In this document: positions 1-12,839 of the stretch, piece by piece
How the letters are laid out: every line of letters starts with the position of its first letter
Numbering within the stretch: the stretch's first letter is position 1
From: Takakia lepidozioides
Taxonomy: Eukaryota > Plantae > Bryophyta
Reading direction: 5' to 3'
Assembly (NCBI GenBank): GCA_030704615.1
Contig: CM060731.1
Span: 35,216,001 to 35,280,000 of the forward strand
DNA: 64,000 nucleotides
Position numbers and translations under genes: made by a program
The notes under the pieces: generated by a model
Seen by the model: only the letters and a program-made list of their open reading frames with translations
Told to the model about the DNA's origin: nothing
Database searches by the model: none

Positions 1-855
1 CTGAATGCTCATCGCACGATGGTTGAGCCGGTGAAGGTTTATTTGCACGCTGCAGCAGTCAATGGGGAGTACACTTTGATGTTATGACGTGTGTGACCAG
101 CTTTAAATCTTCCAGCTCCCCACCCACCTTCAAGACACACATTTTCCACATGTCACATGAATTGCCTAAAAAACTGTTCACCCAGAACTTGAGCAGAACC
201 TGCCAAGAAGAAAACGTCGAAGTACATGGCATGGAAATATCCTCCAGCCAGATTGGCTCATAAACAATTGACAACTAGTCTATGAATCAACTAATATTCT
301 CCGTGTATGTAGTAGCCTATGTACTGCTCTCCTCGTTGCCAGGCCAAAAACAGCTTATCGTGTCGGCTTGCAACATTTCCCGAATCCACTCGGCGGGCCC
401 TACTTCGTCCACAATAGTCTGCCGTGAAGTAGGTCAAAAGTTGCACATACTTGAACTTGCGACACGATTCTCGTGCAGAGACGGGGACGATGGCTGCAAA
501 CGCTGACACAATGTCAGCGACGGCCGCTACCTAACATGCGGCGATGATGACCAAGCTCTCATTTTCCATAGCTCCCCCAGGCTTACACGTTGACACTTTA
601 CACCCAAATGCATAAGTAGTGGGTACATAATGCACTGACCCAAATGCATTAAACCTTCGCTTACTTGAACACTCTGTTGAGTGCTCCTCCTGTCAGAATC
701 TGTTCCCAACACACTCCTCGTGGAAAGAAGAAGGTGGATTGAGGTTTACTTTACACCTACAAAACAGCAGTAGCGTCTCCAATTTCCTTACATGGAGCTA
801 CTATATTGGTGGAATCATGAAGCTCTCTCTTTCTCCTCTTTTTTTCCTTTTTTGC

Positions 856-873
856 TGTGTGTGTGTGTGTGTG
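856..873. repeat. (TG)n microsatellite
   Basis: tgtgtgtgtgtgtgtgtg read directly. Confidence 0.9.
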
Positions 874-1019
874 AAGATTGAAAGTGAGCCTGGTTAGGGG
901 AGATATTTCATATATTATTTTTAATCCAAAATATTTGCAAACCACCCATTATTATAAAACCCTCAATGCCAAACACAGACTAGGTACCCAAGGTTTTTGG
1001 ACTCCATGCAAGCACTAAA

Positions 1020-1181
1020 TCAAGAATCTAATAACATCACACAGACTTGATACTCTGCCGATGGTCCTGCTTGTAGTGCAGGCCTTGAGGTTAGAAGCGG
1101 TTGCAGGGCTTTCACCATGATACTCATGTTGGGGCGAAAGTCCCCTTCGTACTGCACACAGAGTGCTGCAACTGCTGCCAT
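1020..1181 (-). CDS. Last coding exon of a PTI1-like receptor-like cytoplasmic kinase; upstream exons not found, may be a fragment
   Basis: After acceptor tggcag| the frame reads [30 protein letters not shown], matching the PTI1 family C-terminus ([29 protein letters not shown]). Confidence 0.7.
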   Translation of the reverse strand: MAAVAALCVQYEGDFRPNMSIMVKALQPLLTSRPALQAGPSAEYQVCVMLLDS

Positions 1182-1679
1182 CTGCCATTCCAACCCAAAC
1201 TTGCATCGGTAACCTCTATCCAGTTGTTGAGAGAACCTAAATATGGAGCTAGGGGCTGCCATAAGCCAGCCAATTGCTGAAGAGAACATCTACTATGCAA
1301 TCTCTTGCTATGAGAATGCAACTCAAAAGGTTGACAAATTTTTGTTATATAAACTTTGTTTTAAAAATACCCATTTGGTGACTCACTTGCCTTGTTTGCA
1401 CAACTTTCATGTGCTTTTAGTATTCACCTTTTTGGGATGATGGTCACAGAACAGAGAATGTATCAAGTAGCAATTTTTTACTTTTCAGAAAATTGAGGAT
1501 GTGACAATAATGAACAAGCAAGTGTGCTTACAAGGAGGACCTCCCCTTTGCACAAAATAATATAATGTTTACTAAGGTCTCTAAATGTAAAGCAAAAACA
1601 AAATCCCTTCAATAACTCATCAATAAAATTATCAGGGCCTCTGTACCCTGTTGGTAAGAAAAAACACAAAAAACAAAAA

Positions 1680-2015
1680 TGATGATGCCTTCTTAAGGAA
1701 GCGTAAATTATGGTTTCTTCATCAGGAGTGACTACTCGGACTATTGCCTTATGTTGGAAGGTTGACACTTTGAACTCTAGATCACCTAGGTTATTCACCC
1801 GCAAGCCACTGGGTACATGCTCTAGTGGCAACCCAAAACAACAAAAGATTCATTCGGAAAGGCAAGCAATTTGGCTACCCACCCTACCTACACAGAAAGT
1901 GGTTTTGACTCCGTGACCCACTTTTCTAGCTGGGTTGGTGCCGACGTACATCTCTATAGCTTCGAATCCACGACCATTTGTAAGACGTTCTTGTACCCTA
2001 ACCACTCGGCGATTT
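1680..2015 (-). mobile_element. tRNA-derived SINE, copy A
   Basis: A-box-like TCGCCGAGTGGTTAGG (~2012-1997), B-box-like GGATTCGAAGC (1969-1959), and a 3' core GAAGAAACCATAATTTACGCTTCC shared with 28245-28306 and 32528-32705. Confidence 0.6.
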
Positions 2016-3249
2016 GTTCAATCCTAATGTAAACCCATCAAGGACCAAACGCCATGCCAAATTTTAAAAACGATTTTGGCATTGGCCTTACATGCCTACT
2101 TTCTTGCAAACGCATTTGATTCACATGCAATGGACATAATCTCATGAATAGCATGGAGCCAAATTCTCCATTGATGTGGATTTGATGAGCCGCAATTGCA
2201 ACCCACCATATGGCTTAAGGCTCACTAGAACAAAGTAGAAGGCCAAGTCTACAAGAAGGTGCTAACTCTTTGTTAAAAAGGACCTTCTTGGTAAGCGTTT
2301 CAGTGGCGGGTTATCATTGGGTATGCTAAGACCCAAGAGGTGGGTATAAAGTATAAAGTGTTGGCAAAATGTCAACGCAGCCAATACGTAGGACTCAATT
2401 GTTATGGACCCTACATTTCTTGGCTCTTATGCTTTGCAAAAGGCTTTTGACAAAACTTGGTGATTTTCCGTTAAATCTTTCACTCATGGATTTGAGTTTT
2501 ATTGTTCAACTTTTTATCTTTTATAGGGAGCAAACTTCTCGAACCCCTTAATGGAAAATTGCAGTGAGAGGAAACTAACCTGAACGCAACAATGCAATGC
2601 TCATGGACACTGCCTAGGGGAAGAATATAATACCACATATAATCAAGTAGCATAAATATTTGAGCCCAAAATCTGGGCCACTCAATACTTGTACTGGTAT
2701 ATTTAAGTTTTGAATCTCATAAAAAACCAGAAAGCTTCATCTTTCCAAAGAGAAGATCCCCCCTTAGCTGACATAAGTCAGACTAGTCATTTCATCTTTC
2801 AGCTATCATCCCTTTCAAGCCATTTCAAGAATGGACCAGTGTTGGACCGGTATATAGGTCTGGGGCGGGTATCAATGAGGGTAAGGGTAATGGTATGAAG
2901 GATCATACCAGGCGGGTACGTGCAAGGGTACAATACCCTGGTGGGGTGGGGCAGGGTACATGGACTTCTAAATTCCTAGCGCAAACTACCACTCCAATAC
3001 CATGCATGCGCCGGCTTGAGGGAGAGGATGCAGGGGTAGGGTTTAGGGTAGTTTTCATTCAGTTAGGGGTACTGATTTGTTAGGGATGCTAATATGTTTG
3101 AACAGGTAAACCAGTGTCCAGGGGACACCATGTAACCGACGGGAGGAAGGTACCTGTGGGGCAATGGGTACCATTGGGTACACATGGGGACCCATGGGGT
3201 ACCCCATGAGGACCTATTGGGTACCCGAGGCCCCCAAGGTGCCTAGGAA

Positions 3250-4365
3250 ACAGGTGGGGGGGTTTCTGGTTGTCGCTTGTTGGTGATAATAGCCGTAAGA
3301 GAACGAAGCACTGTAAGGTGTAGGGCTTTAAAGCATTTATGTATAGAGGTGATAGGGAGTTTAAAATTGTTTTGAAGTGCAGAGATGCTGGCGTTATGGA
3401 TGCCGCCTCTGGTGACAGTAAGTGGGTCTGTGTTCCAACCGGGACGACGGATGGCCAGGATGAGTGGTGCGTATTTCTGTCGTTTTCGAGAGTGGAGGTG
3501 TCGGGAAAGCAGTCATGGCAATAGGTGAATTCAATGAAGTGTATGGTGAGTGCTTGGGTCGGGTCGATGGGTGGGGGAGCGTTTATGGGGAGTCCCTAGA
3601 CCAACAGAATATCAGGGCAGAGTCTAGCTAGGCAAGTACAAGATGCGCGTGGTTGACATACACAGGGAAGTAGCCCTGGTCCAGCACCGTGTGATCGGGG
3701 GCTCGGCCTTGATATGTGTCAGCATTGATAAGTGAAAACCATCTGGTATCATTACGGCGCGATAGAAGTTTGTGGATATGCCAAACGGCATGGTTATGCC
3801 GAGCAATACGAAGCCCGTGGATGACGGGATGGGGACATTCGCTGCGAGAAGATGGGGCCAGATGTCGCGGGTTGCATGAATGTGAGAGCAGAGTGGGCAG
3901 TTCGGGGATGAATATAGGTTTGGCCAGAAAGTGTGCTTGCGCTGGTGGCCCATGTACTGGGCGTATCTGAATTTAAGTGTTTGGCGTATTTGGGCATCAG
4001 AAGCGGCTTCAGTGTGCCAGAAGTGGTTGGATAGTTTGTGGTGAAGTACTGTGGATTGTGTCCATTTTTGAATATATAGTTTGGTGTGGCTAAGAGAGGA
4101 AGATGCTTGTTTGTTAGCTTCTTTAGTCAGGATACTGAGAAGGTTCCGTATGGGTTGTGGTTCATGGGGATCTGATACCGGGTGGATCATCCAAAAAGGA
4201 TGCGCATGTGCAATGTGGATGGGGTCAGATGAGGTTTCGACCGGAGGTTTGGAAGCTCCATGCTGAGCGAAGAGGTCTGCCTCTTCATTGCCGTTAATAC
4301 CTATGTGTAAACTTTAATGAAGTGTACAGATTTATTGATGGAAATAGCAAGAGTGATAATAGCAG
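3250..4365 (-). mobile_element. Decayed non-LTR retrotransposon 3' region: RNase H, CCHC zinc knuckle and restriction-like endonuclease (RandI/Dualen-like)
   Basis: HIGINGNEEADLFA (RNase H, ~4308-4265); CPLC..RDIWPHLL then, after a frameshift, LRIARHNHAV; RLCPDILLV..IHFIEFTYCHD (PD-(D/E)xK-like); frameshifts and stops. Confidence 0.75.
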
Positions 4366-6054
4366 AGATACGGTTACGAATTATCAATGTAGGCATTTGC
4401 ATGTCCAAATTGAGAACCGGTTACAAGCTGGGATCCGGCTGGGATCCGACTTGGAAGCTGTAGAACTAACATTTTGTATAATTGTCAAGTGGATAACATG
4501 TTTTTTTGTTTTTTTTCCTCTTACATTTGACAAAAATAATCATATTCCACATAAGAAGGAGAAAAAACAAATGGCTGGTCATGTAATGGTTCTTCCTACT
4601 AATTTCATCACTAGCAATGGTTAGGGCATGACATATCTGGCATCTGTTGTCACCAGTATGCCGATGACGGACCGTAGCGACATTGAGATCTTGCGCGTTG
4701 TATGATACATTGGTCAGAGCCCAAACCATCATCATTTGTCATTAGAGTCTATTGATGTATGGGGCATCATTTGTAATCGTGAGGCTTAACATCTTATGGC
4801 CATGATATGTGAGTGTTTTGTCACGACGCAGATAGTCGCACTAATGGTTGACGCTAGGATGACATACAAGATCATTCGACTACTGAAGTCACTTGATGTT
4901 AATGGGTTTTTAAGAATGTTAATTTGACTACTGTTACATACGGAGTGTAAGTTGACAGAGTTCAGACATGGGACACGTATATAATCTTATGTTATGGGAA
5001 ACGTTATGGTTCTAAGGTCGATGATCGAGTTGTGGTGAAACACAATATCGACTACACTATGGCAAAGGCGGACATGTTTGATTGTGTTTATTTTAATCAT
5101 ATAATATTTGAAATGTATTTTATTAAGGTATATCATATAGTTAACTAATATGTTTTTTTTTTCCAAGTATGCAAGGTTGAATTGGAGTTGCTTTGTGACC
5201 GCGACCTTTTATCATATGCATCCATTGCCAAGTGGGAGGGCAAGGATGTTGTGCCAAAGGTTATAGTTCATGTCGCCAACATGGAGGTTTTTGCGGATGG
5301 AGGACATTTTGACCAGTTGCGTATGCTTATAGAGACAGGATTGTACCTCACAGATGGACATGATATTGGGTTGACACTCGTGGAGTGTCATGATCTGCAT
5401 TGCATATATCAGCTTGTATATAGAGGTGGGGTATTGGCCACATGCACGTCATTCTGCTCTTGGTGTGGGGTTACCAAGACGACTTCTGGTCAAATCAAGT
5501 ATGAGCATGTTATTTTGCCCAATGACACCATTCTGGCTGTGGCGACTCAATTGTTTGGTGAGTTCTGATCGATAAGTTCCAAACTCAAACTCATCAAACG
5601 TATTTTGTCTTTGCTACGCATTCAAAGTTGTGTGGACCCCGATCCATTGTTTTGGTATGCTAACATTTTTATTTAAAGTTTTTTTTTCATTTCATGTTAG
5701 AATAAAATAAAAATCGTATATTGTGAATTAGGATTGTCTAACATAAATCATTTATGAGTCGTCATACTCGTGTCATTTAAATTGATAAAACCTATTTATG
5801 TACAGTGGAGGTGATTCCGCCTCCGATGAGTGAAATATTAGCCTATTGTGCATAACATGTCATCATTCGTACTGTCTTGAAGATGATCTGACATCTGTAG
5901 ATGATAGCATCGGAAGCTGACAAGACAATGTCTCTTCGAGAGGGCCCAAGTCGCTTCACACGCATGTGCAACATCATGACGGTGAAATATTTGGATATTA
6001 TTTTTATATATTTGACATTGTGATGTCTTTATAATTGAAAAAAAATCAATTCTT

Positions 6055-6145
6055 CATATATATATATGACACCAACCAAAGCTAGCGTAAATAAGAGCCT
6101 CTTCCCCTTGCGGGTACCGCCCCCTTTCGGGGGTGACTCTATTAT
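6055..6145 (-). mobile_element. 3' tail of the same LINE family, ending in (TA)n
   Basis: Reverse complement AGAGTCACCCCCGAAAGGGGGCGGTACCCGCAAGGGGAAGAGGCTCTTATTTACG..GTCATATATA aligns with 28075-28160, which follows a LINE ORF stop. Confidence 0.65.
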
Positions 6146-6721
6146 AGTTTGAACGTTCATTGAATTGGATGTATGGGCCATCATCCCGGATCGGTTGTTG
6201 AGTGGATACTCATACACACAAATGCATTTAGTACTCTAATTTTCTGTATGGACAATCAGACGGGTCTATTGTGTTGGTAAATGTCTAATTTTTGCATGTT
6301 TATATAGTACTTTTCATATGTTTTAAATTATGTCTTACAACGTATATGTATTTTGACAAACAAACATAAATGATTATGGATACAAGTTAGAATGATTACC
6401 GACTCTACGACGGTCTACAACAGCGTTATGATCCGTGGCCGCTAAGCATTGAGCATACTGGAGAGGATATGTACTTTGGGCTTATTGTTTCTTGCCATTT
6501 TTGTTGTGTGTAGTAAATGTTACATAAACCATAGTTCTAACATTTTGTATGGTTTCTACAATATTGATTTTCTATGCAAGGAGTTCATGTGGGGCTTCCC
6601 TTACGTGATTATTTTGCATCATATATTTTTTTTTTATTATAATTACCATAATTATGCAGACGATAGGTAATTTTTAAGAGTGTAAAAAAATAGAGTTGAT
6701 GATTGTAATATAACCTGAAGT

Positions 6722-6748
6722 TATATATATATATATATATATATATAT
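6722..6748. repeat. (TA)n microsatellite
   Basis: Read directly. Confidence 0.9.
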
Positions 6749-9700
6749 CAAGTCTAGTGTTTTAGATGTTCAAAAAAAAAAAAAAAAAGGTTATTTAAGG
6801 GGTCTCAAGATGGCACCTCAATAATTTGCGTAAACATTTCAAACTAGTTGGTTACAACATCAAGTTGTAAATATTTGTTATGTATATATAAAGTTTATGG
6901 ATTTTTAAATATATTAACTTATATTATATTAAAATAATAATTTTAATTAATTATATAATTTTAGTATGAAAAATCGTATTACAATCAAGATAGAATATGA
7001 ACTATTGTGAAGCCAAAATAACTTTGATATCACTTGATCTCGAAAGGCTGGTGCCTTCGGATGTCAAATTGAGATATGTTGTGTTGTTGATATCATCTAT
7101 ATAAAAATAAACAACCTCATATGTGCATGAAGTACAAATGAGATGTATTGGTTGGTGCATATAGTGATTTAATAACATCATAACAAAGAGATCTGGAGTT
7201 CAAATACGTTGATACAAGTGGTGGTGTATTATTTAGTTAGTTGTCATGTGATAGATGATGCTAGCATAAGAAAAGCTAGATGGTACTACGTATCAATCTG
7301 GAGATCAATAAGAAGCTTTCACTTGTCTATATTATTATGTTTTTTTTCACAAAAATTCTTGAGAGTTGTGGATTTGCGACGCCGTAGTCATTGCAAATCT
7401 ATGACGGATTTTAACGACGACTTTACGACCGCCGCAGATATGGCATTGAGGGATGATTGAAATAACACTTGTGTGACACTTCTGCGTCGCGCAGACGACG
7501 CTAGCATCCCCCAAAATGTTGTAGTAGAGCATATATCTAATACATAGTCTGTCATTATCAGACTGTATTTGTTGCATGTATCATCTCAAAATATAAATTA
7601 TCTATGTTCTATATATCTATACTAGAAGTATAGATTGTCATTATCTGACTATATTGTTATGGAGGTGTCATTTAGAGTATTACTTATGTTTGATATAGCC
7701 TATTCAATAGATAGTTATTATCAAACTGTACTTCTAAAAAAAATCATGACCTCATTGACACAACACTATTTATATTTCTCTGTGGGTGTATGAAACAAGG
7801 ATAGTGTTGGAAGACGATACTTTGGCAAGTAGGTTATATATCATTATCAATTTTCGAATCTATAGTATACATGTGATACAGATAAGGCTCCAGGGCCCAC
7901 ATAAACTGCCTCCGATGTCGGTCATATGCACTAAATCTTCTATGTACTCATCAATGGGCAGTCTCTATGGTGTGCTTGCTTGAGGTATCTTACACATAGC
8001 TCATGGAAAATCTCTAGGCTTGGATTAAAATGTTAGATGATGTTCGGTGTTATACAAAAGCCACAGAGCAATAGCAATAGTAGCAGTAGGAGCTGTAGAA
8101 GTTGTAGTTAAGGTTGCAGATGTAAGAACTATATAAATTCTCCTCACATCCTTCACTATTGGATGATAGTTTTGATCAAGTGAGTAAATTGTCATTACGA
8201 TGTGAGAATAATGTTTGTCAACAAGGATCTATGACTAAAATTGACATGTTGTTTTTTGGTGGATGTTATATCTCTGGATGTTATATGTGTGATCTCAGGC
8301 TGAGAAGATGATGGAAGGTTGCAAACTGTATTGTTCAACAACCGTTTCCGCGTGATTTGACCATATAATACGAGAGGCGCCCCTGACTGCCATTGCAAGT
8401 GCAGAAGCAGTATCATTCTTGGAATTGGTGAACAGGTAACAGCTGTCAAGCATAGGTTGGTCTTTGAGTTTGTGCAGGGTCAGGTTTGGGTCGGCGTTTG
8501 TGAGCCATAACAGGGCAATTGCAGCCCTGATTTCCCAGTTGTCCATTATGGTAGAGAGTGAAGGCTCAGAGCACAAAGTTTTGTTTGACGCTTCAGTCCA
8601 CTACGAGCTGACTAACGAATATTTACCTGATATGACAGTTTTTATAGTCCCTCCTAGACCCGAAATGATGTCAAGATCTACATGTGGATTGATGGGAAGT
8701 GGAGCACCCACTATTGGTAATGGAATTCTTATCTCTCGACTCGGGCAAAAAAAATCGCATCCATTAATGCAAAGAATTGTGGTGCTGCTGGTGTCCAACA
8801 CTACTGGCTTGGTTGCTCCATCAAAGGCCCAATGGAGTGCTCAACCCTATCAGATACAGGGGCATATGAACTAGTGATGACTGTCCATATGAGCGATAGA
8901 CAAGTTATTATGGCACCATTCACCAAGCCTATTGACTTCCAGAAAGTCTTTAGGAGCCACTGATGAGGGGTGGGTCATTCAACCAATTCTATTATCGTTT
9001 GCAAAGCTTTGACAATGTTGGTTCTAATACTAAACATCAAACATTTCAATTTCCTTCATCAAAGGCCCGAAGTTGGGCCAGTTATCTTTGCCTTAATGTC
9101 TTTCGAGGACTATGTTCTTCATGGTCCTAAAGAGCAGTGCAAAGGGTACGTAGGCCCTTCAGGTCATCCTTAAGTTCTTACCCATGTCACAAACTGGAAA
9201 CAAGTTCAAGGGACTTTTACACCCAACTTTCTTTCTGAGATAAAGATGTACTCATTAAGACATTACGTAAAACACCGGGAATTTTTTTTCTTTGTAATTC
9301 AAGGAATCTCCCTAGCCGGAAGGTTCCCCCGATTTGCGGGGGCAAAGAAGCTCCACTGCAATTGTTTCAGGGTTATCTTTTGGGATAAAATTTCATTCAC
9401 AATTTGACATAAATTTCTTTCGAAAAACTTCTTTCCAAGTTTTCATCCATGCTCTATGTATACATTCAATGTTGACAAAAAAGAAAACTAAGTAGAGAAA
9501 CTAAAATCAATAGAAGGTAATGATTTTTTGGCTGTTTTTGTGAACCCTCGTACTGACAATATTGTCTACAGTTTCTAACTGAATCAGGTACATGTAATAT
9601 ATCATTTCTCCTTCAATTTTTAAGAATGTCAACTGCAGTTTCGCTATCAAGCACTTGCAGTGTGATGTTGCCTTGTACAATTCCAAAACTAGGTCCAATT

Positions 9701-9939
9701 TGTGTTACGTTTCTTGTTGAAATAACCTGGTTACGACCTCCAAAAATTCTCTCCAACTTATCGCTATTCTGGTTCAAGGCTTCGGTAACAGCATCTTGGG
9801 CTTCATGAGTTTCCTAGAACGAGTCGCCGTCGACATGAGTAACATTACTCTTACATGGAGCCATAGTAAGAGCTTCTGATGAACTAGAGTAGGAATTCTG
9901 GTTACTTTTGTCACTGACACAGAGAACATTGCAGGAATG

Positions 9940-11230
9940 AATCACTGGAACTTGAGAGTGCATAATACTTGAATTAACTGCTCCAGTAGATGCACTTCCT
10001 GGAGACCGCCATACTCAGATTCAATTATCCTTTTGTAATTCTCTTCCCCTTCTTCAAGAGCTTGTTCATATGAAAAAGGCTTTTCCATTGCACAATTCAC
10101 CAGATACAATTCGTTGCAATGCACAATCTCTCATCATTTTGTTTCTTTGATTGTATCTGCATACAAAAGAATAATAACAATGTACGAGTGAAAGATATTA
10201 CTAGTTGAAATCAAGAAACATAGAAATAGATAGAAGGTAACATACTTGTCATATGCCTTAGCACTCCTATGACCCGTAAGCTTCATTCCATGTTCTTGTG
10301 GAACATAAGCCTCCTCCATACGTATCATGCCAACACCGTGACCAATCTTGTTCGTAAGAACTTTGCCGGTTAATTCTGGCAAATCCCTCGTCATAGATTG
10401 TTCGTGTAGGAGTGCAATGGATTTTTACCTACTTCGTGAACCAGACGTCATCAGTAAACTTCTATTTTTGCCTTGGTGTAAAGAACATAGGGTGCGGTCC
10501 TGATTCCTGAGGAGTCCACGTTGGTCGTTTCTTGATCAACAGTTTGTAGAGATAAATTACATGTGCATCCTGACAATCAACATGTTTTCTATGATCCTCG
10601 GCACTGTAGTGATTGATATCCAATTGATAATTCTTGGATATGCCATGGCAAAACCTACAAAGAAAGTACAAAATGTCAAGCCAATATAAATCTGAAGGTA
10701 CTTCGACAAAAAAACATGTTAACAGAATGCAATTCATGCACTCACCGTATGCCCTAGCAAAACCTACAAAGAAAGTACAAGATGTCAAGCCAATATAAAT
10801 CGGAAGGTACTTCTAAAAAACATGAATTAACATAATGCAATTGTGCACTCACTGCAAGACAACTCCCAACCGTGTCTTGAATAGTGGGAAATCCTCTTCG
10901 TCCACTTTGCGAAGCTCAGCGGAAGCTCTTACGAAAAAATTTCATGTACATATGTAACTAAATCGCATATTGAGACCGGATGGTGAGTTAGGTTGAGAAA
11001 GTTTTTGGCTCAACATAAGGATTTCTTCCTGCTTAATTAGCACCTAGTTTGTTTTTAACAACACGTCCTAAACCCGCCTTGCATGAGCGACAAATAGCCT
11101 CGTCCGCGGGGAATTTCACTTGGCATATCTGGGATCAGTTATAATGTTGAATATACAAGCCGACGCTTTTCCATACCCTATTATCCGCATCTCGCATCGT
11201 GCATCCCAAAGCTCTGAACATCGACTGTAT
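9940..11230 (-). pseudogene. Intron-containing Crypton-like (DUF3504-type) tyrosine recombinase remnant
   Basis: In order across exons: FNIITDPRY; PNSPSGLNMRFSYIC*NFFVRASAELR; GISKNYQL..YLYKLLIKKRP..PMFFTP; WFT..GKNPL; LTNKIGHGVGMIRMEEAYVPQEHGMKLTGHRSAKAYDKY (box II TGHRS..Y). Contains stops and frameshifts. Confidence 0.65.
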
Positions 11231-11381
11231 ATTCCCTGGAGGGTACAAAGCAGTGTTGGGCGGACATATATACCCGACCGGGTAATAATCAGGGTATCAT
11301 ACTATTGAGACCCGCCACCCAAATTTTTGGTGGACCTGGCTTGAGTTAGAACCGGCGAGGGCCATCTCGCCACTTACCCTA

Positions 11382-12169
11382 CTGTCGTGCGCATACATAT
11401 CGCTACACAACTACATCGCTGTCCAAAACCACACAACACATGTGCACACCAAACACTAGTCTATCACTAGTCCACCACTAGTGCACCACTAGGCTGCCAC
11501 TAGACAACCACTAGTGCAGCCACTAGTCCAACCACTAGGCTGCCACTAGCCACCACTAGTGCAGCCACTAGTCCGACCACTAGGCTGCCAATAGCCACCA
11601 CTAGTCCTACCACTAGTGCAACCACTAGGCTGCCCCTAGTCCATCACAATGATAAAGAAAGAAGGGACACAAGCACACAAGCTTCTCTCAAGCTCACACA
11701 CTTGCACATGAAAACATCACTCATATATTAAGTCGAGCCAAGTGCACCCCACGCCATGGGGAATCCACACTACGACGCCATAGCTAGACGCGGTGAGGCT
11801 CAACTCGATAAAGATGAGTCCACCGCGATCTGCCGTGAAAATAACCATGCCAGGTGCCCAAACATATATTGGCCCCTGGATTGATATTTGGGTCAATCCC
11901 AAATATCAATATATCAAAACTAATTATTTCCTAACTAGTTTCACACTAGTGGTAAAATAACTTGACAGCTGTCGTGCGTATACATATCGCTACACAACTA
12001 CATTGCTATCCAAAACCACACAACACATGTGCACACCAAACACTAGTCTATCACTAGTCCACCACTAGTGCACTACTAGGCTGCCACTAGGCAACCACTA
12101 GTCCAACCACTAGGCTGCTACTAGCCACCACTAATTCTGCCACTAGTGCAGCCACTAGTCCATCACAAT
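11382..12169. repeat. Direct repeat pair (11382-11650 and 11969-12169) built on a CCACTAG minisatellite
   Basis: Both copies start ctgtcgtgcg..acatatcgctacacaac and end ctagtccatcacaat; the number of internal ccactag units differs. Confidence 0.85.
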
Positions 12170-12839
12170 TGTCCCTAGCTGGTGCTTAGATCCCTCTAAG
12201 TCCGTGTAGCCACAAGATGTGATAGTGGCCATATAATAAGTCTCACTAAGTCCTCCACCACTGTCCCTACTACACTCAAACTTGATAGATCAAGAGGCCG
12301 GGTGCAAGAGTTGCCCCATCGTTAGTCGTTGTCTTGCAACCTTTAAACTTGAGCATGAGATCTCGAGTATTGACTCCTATGAGCTTGGGCTCCCATGTCT
12401 TGTTAGCTGCCACTAGTCATATCCACTACCACTATCCTAGGCAGTGTGGACATAACCAATCTCCATTAGGAACCCTCTCAGGTGGTGTCAAACATCCCAT
12501 ATGCCAACCTCTTGAGCATCGCCTTGGCCTTACTAGGATTTAATCGCTGGGAAGATTACACACAATATATTGATGTTTTTTTTAAAGGGTTTCTAGAGGA
12601 ACTCCACAAAGCCCGAACCAATGGCTGATACTGAGGTAAATCCAACTAATAGAGTGAGCCGTTCACAAAATTAGTGTCCATTTCCTATCGTTCTGCCCAA
12701 ACTAGGCATGTATCTATGGTAACAAGGCTACAACAAACAATTTGTCTCATAGGTACATCCTCTCTCTCTCTCTCACACACACTTGGTTTAACCTTTGAAA
12801 AGTTCCCGCACATTGCATTGCTCCTAAACTATCTTGGTT

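Noticed and set aside
1713-1725. Hammerhead ribozyme core CUGAUGA-GAAAC on the minus strand
   Set aside because: There is no stem II and the motif is not conserved in the other two copies of the repeat
7700-9200. Short ORFs 8195-8874 as genes
   Set aside because: No recognisable motifs; probably decayed repeat sequence that cannot be assigned
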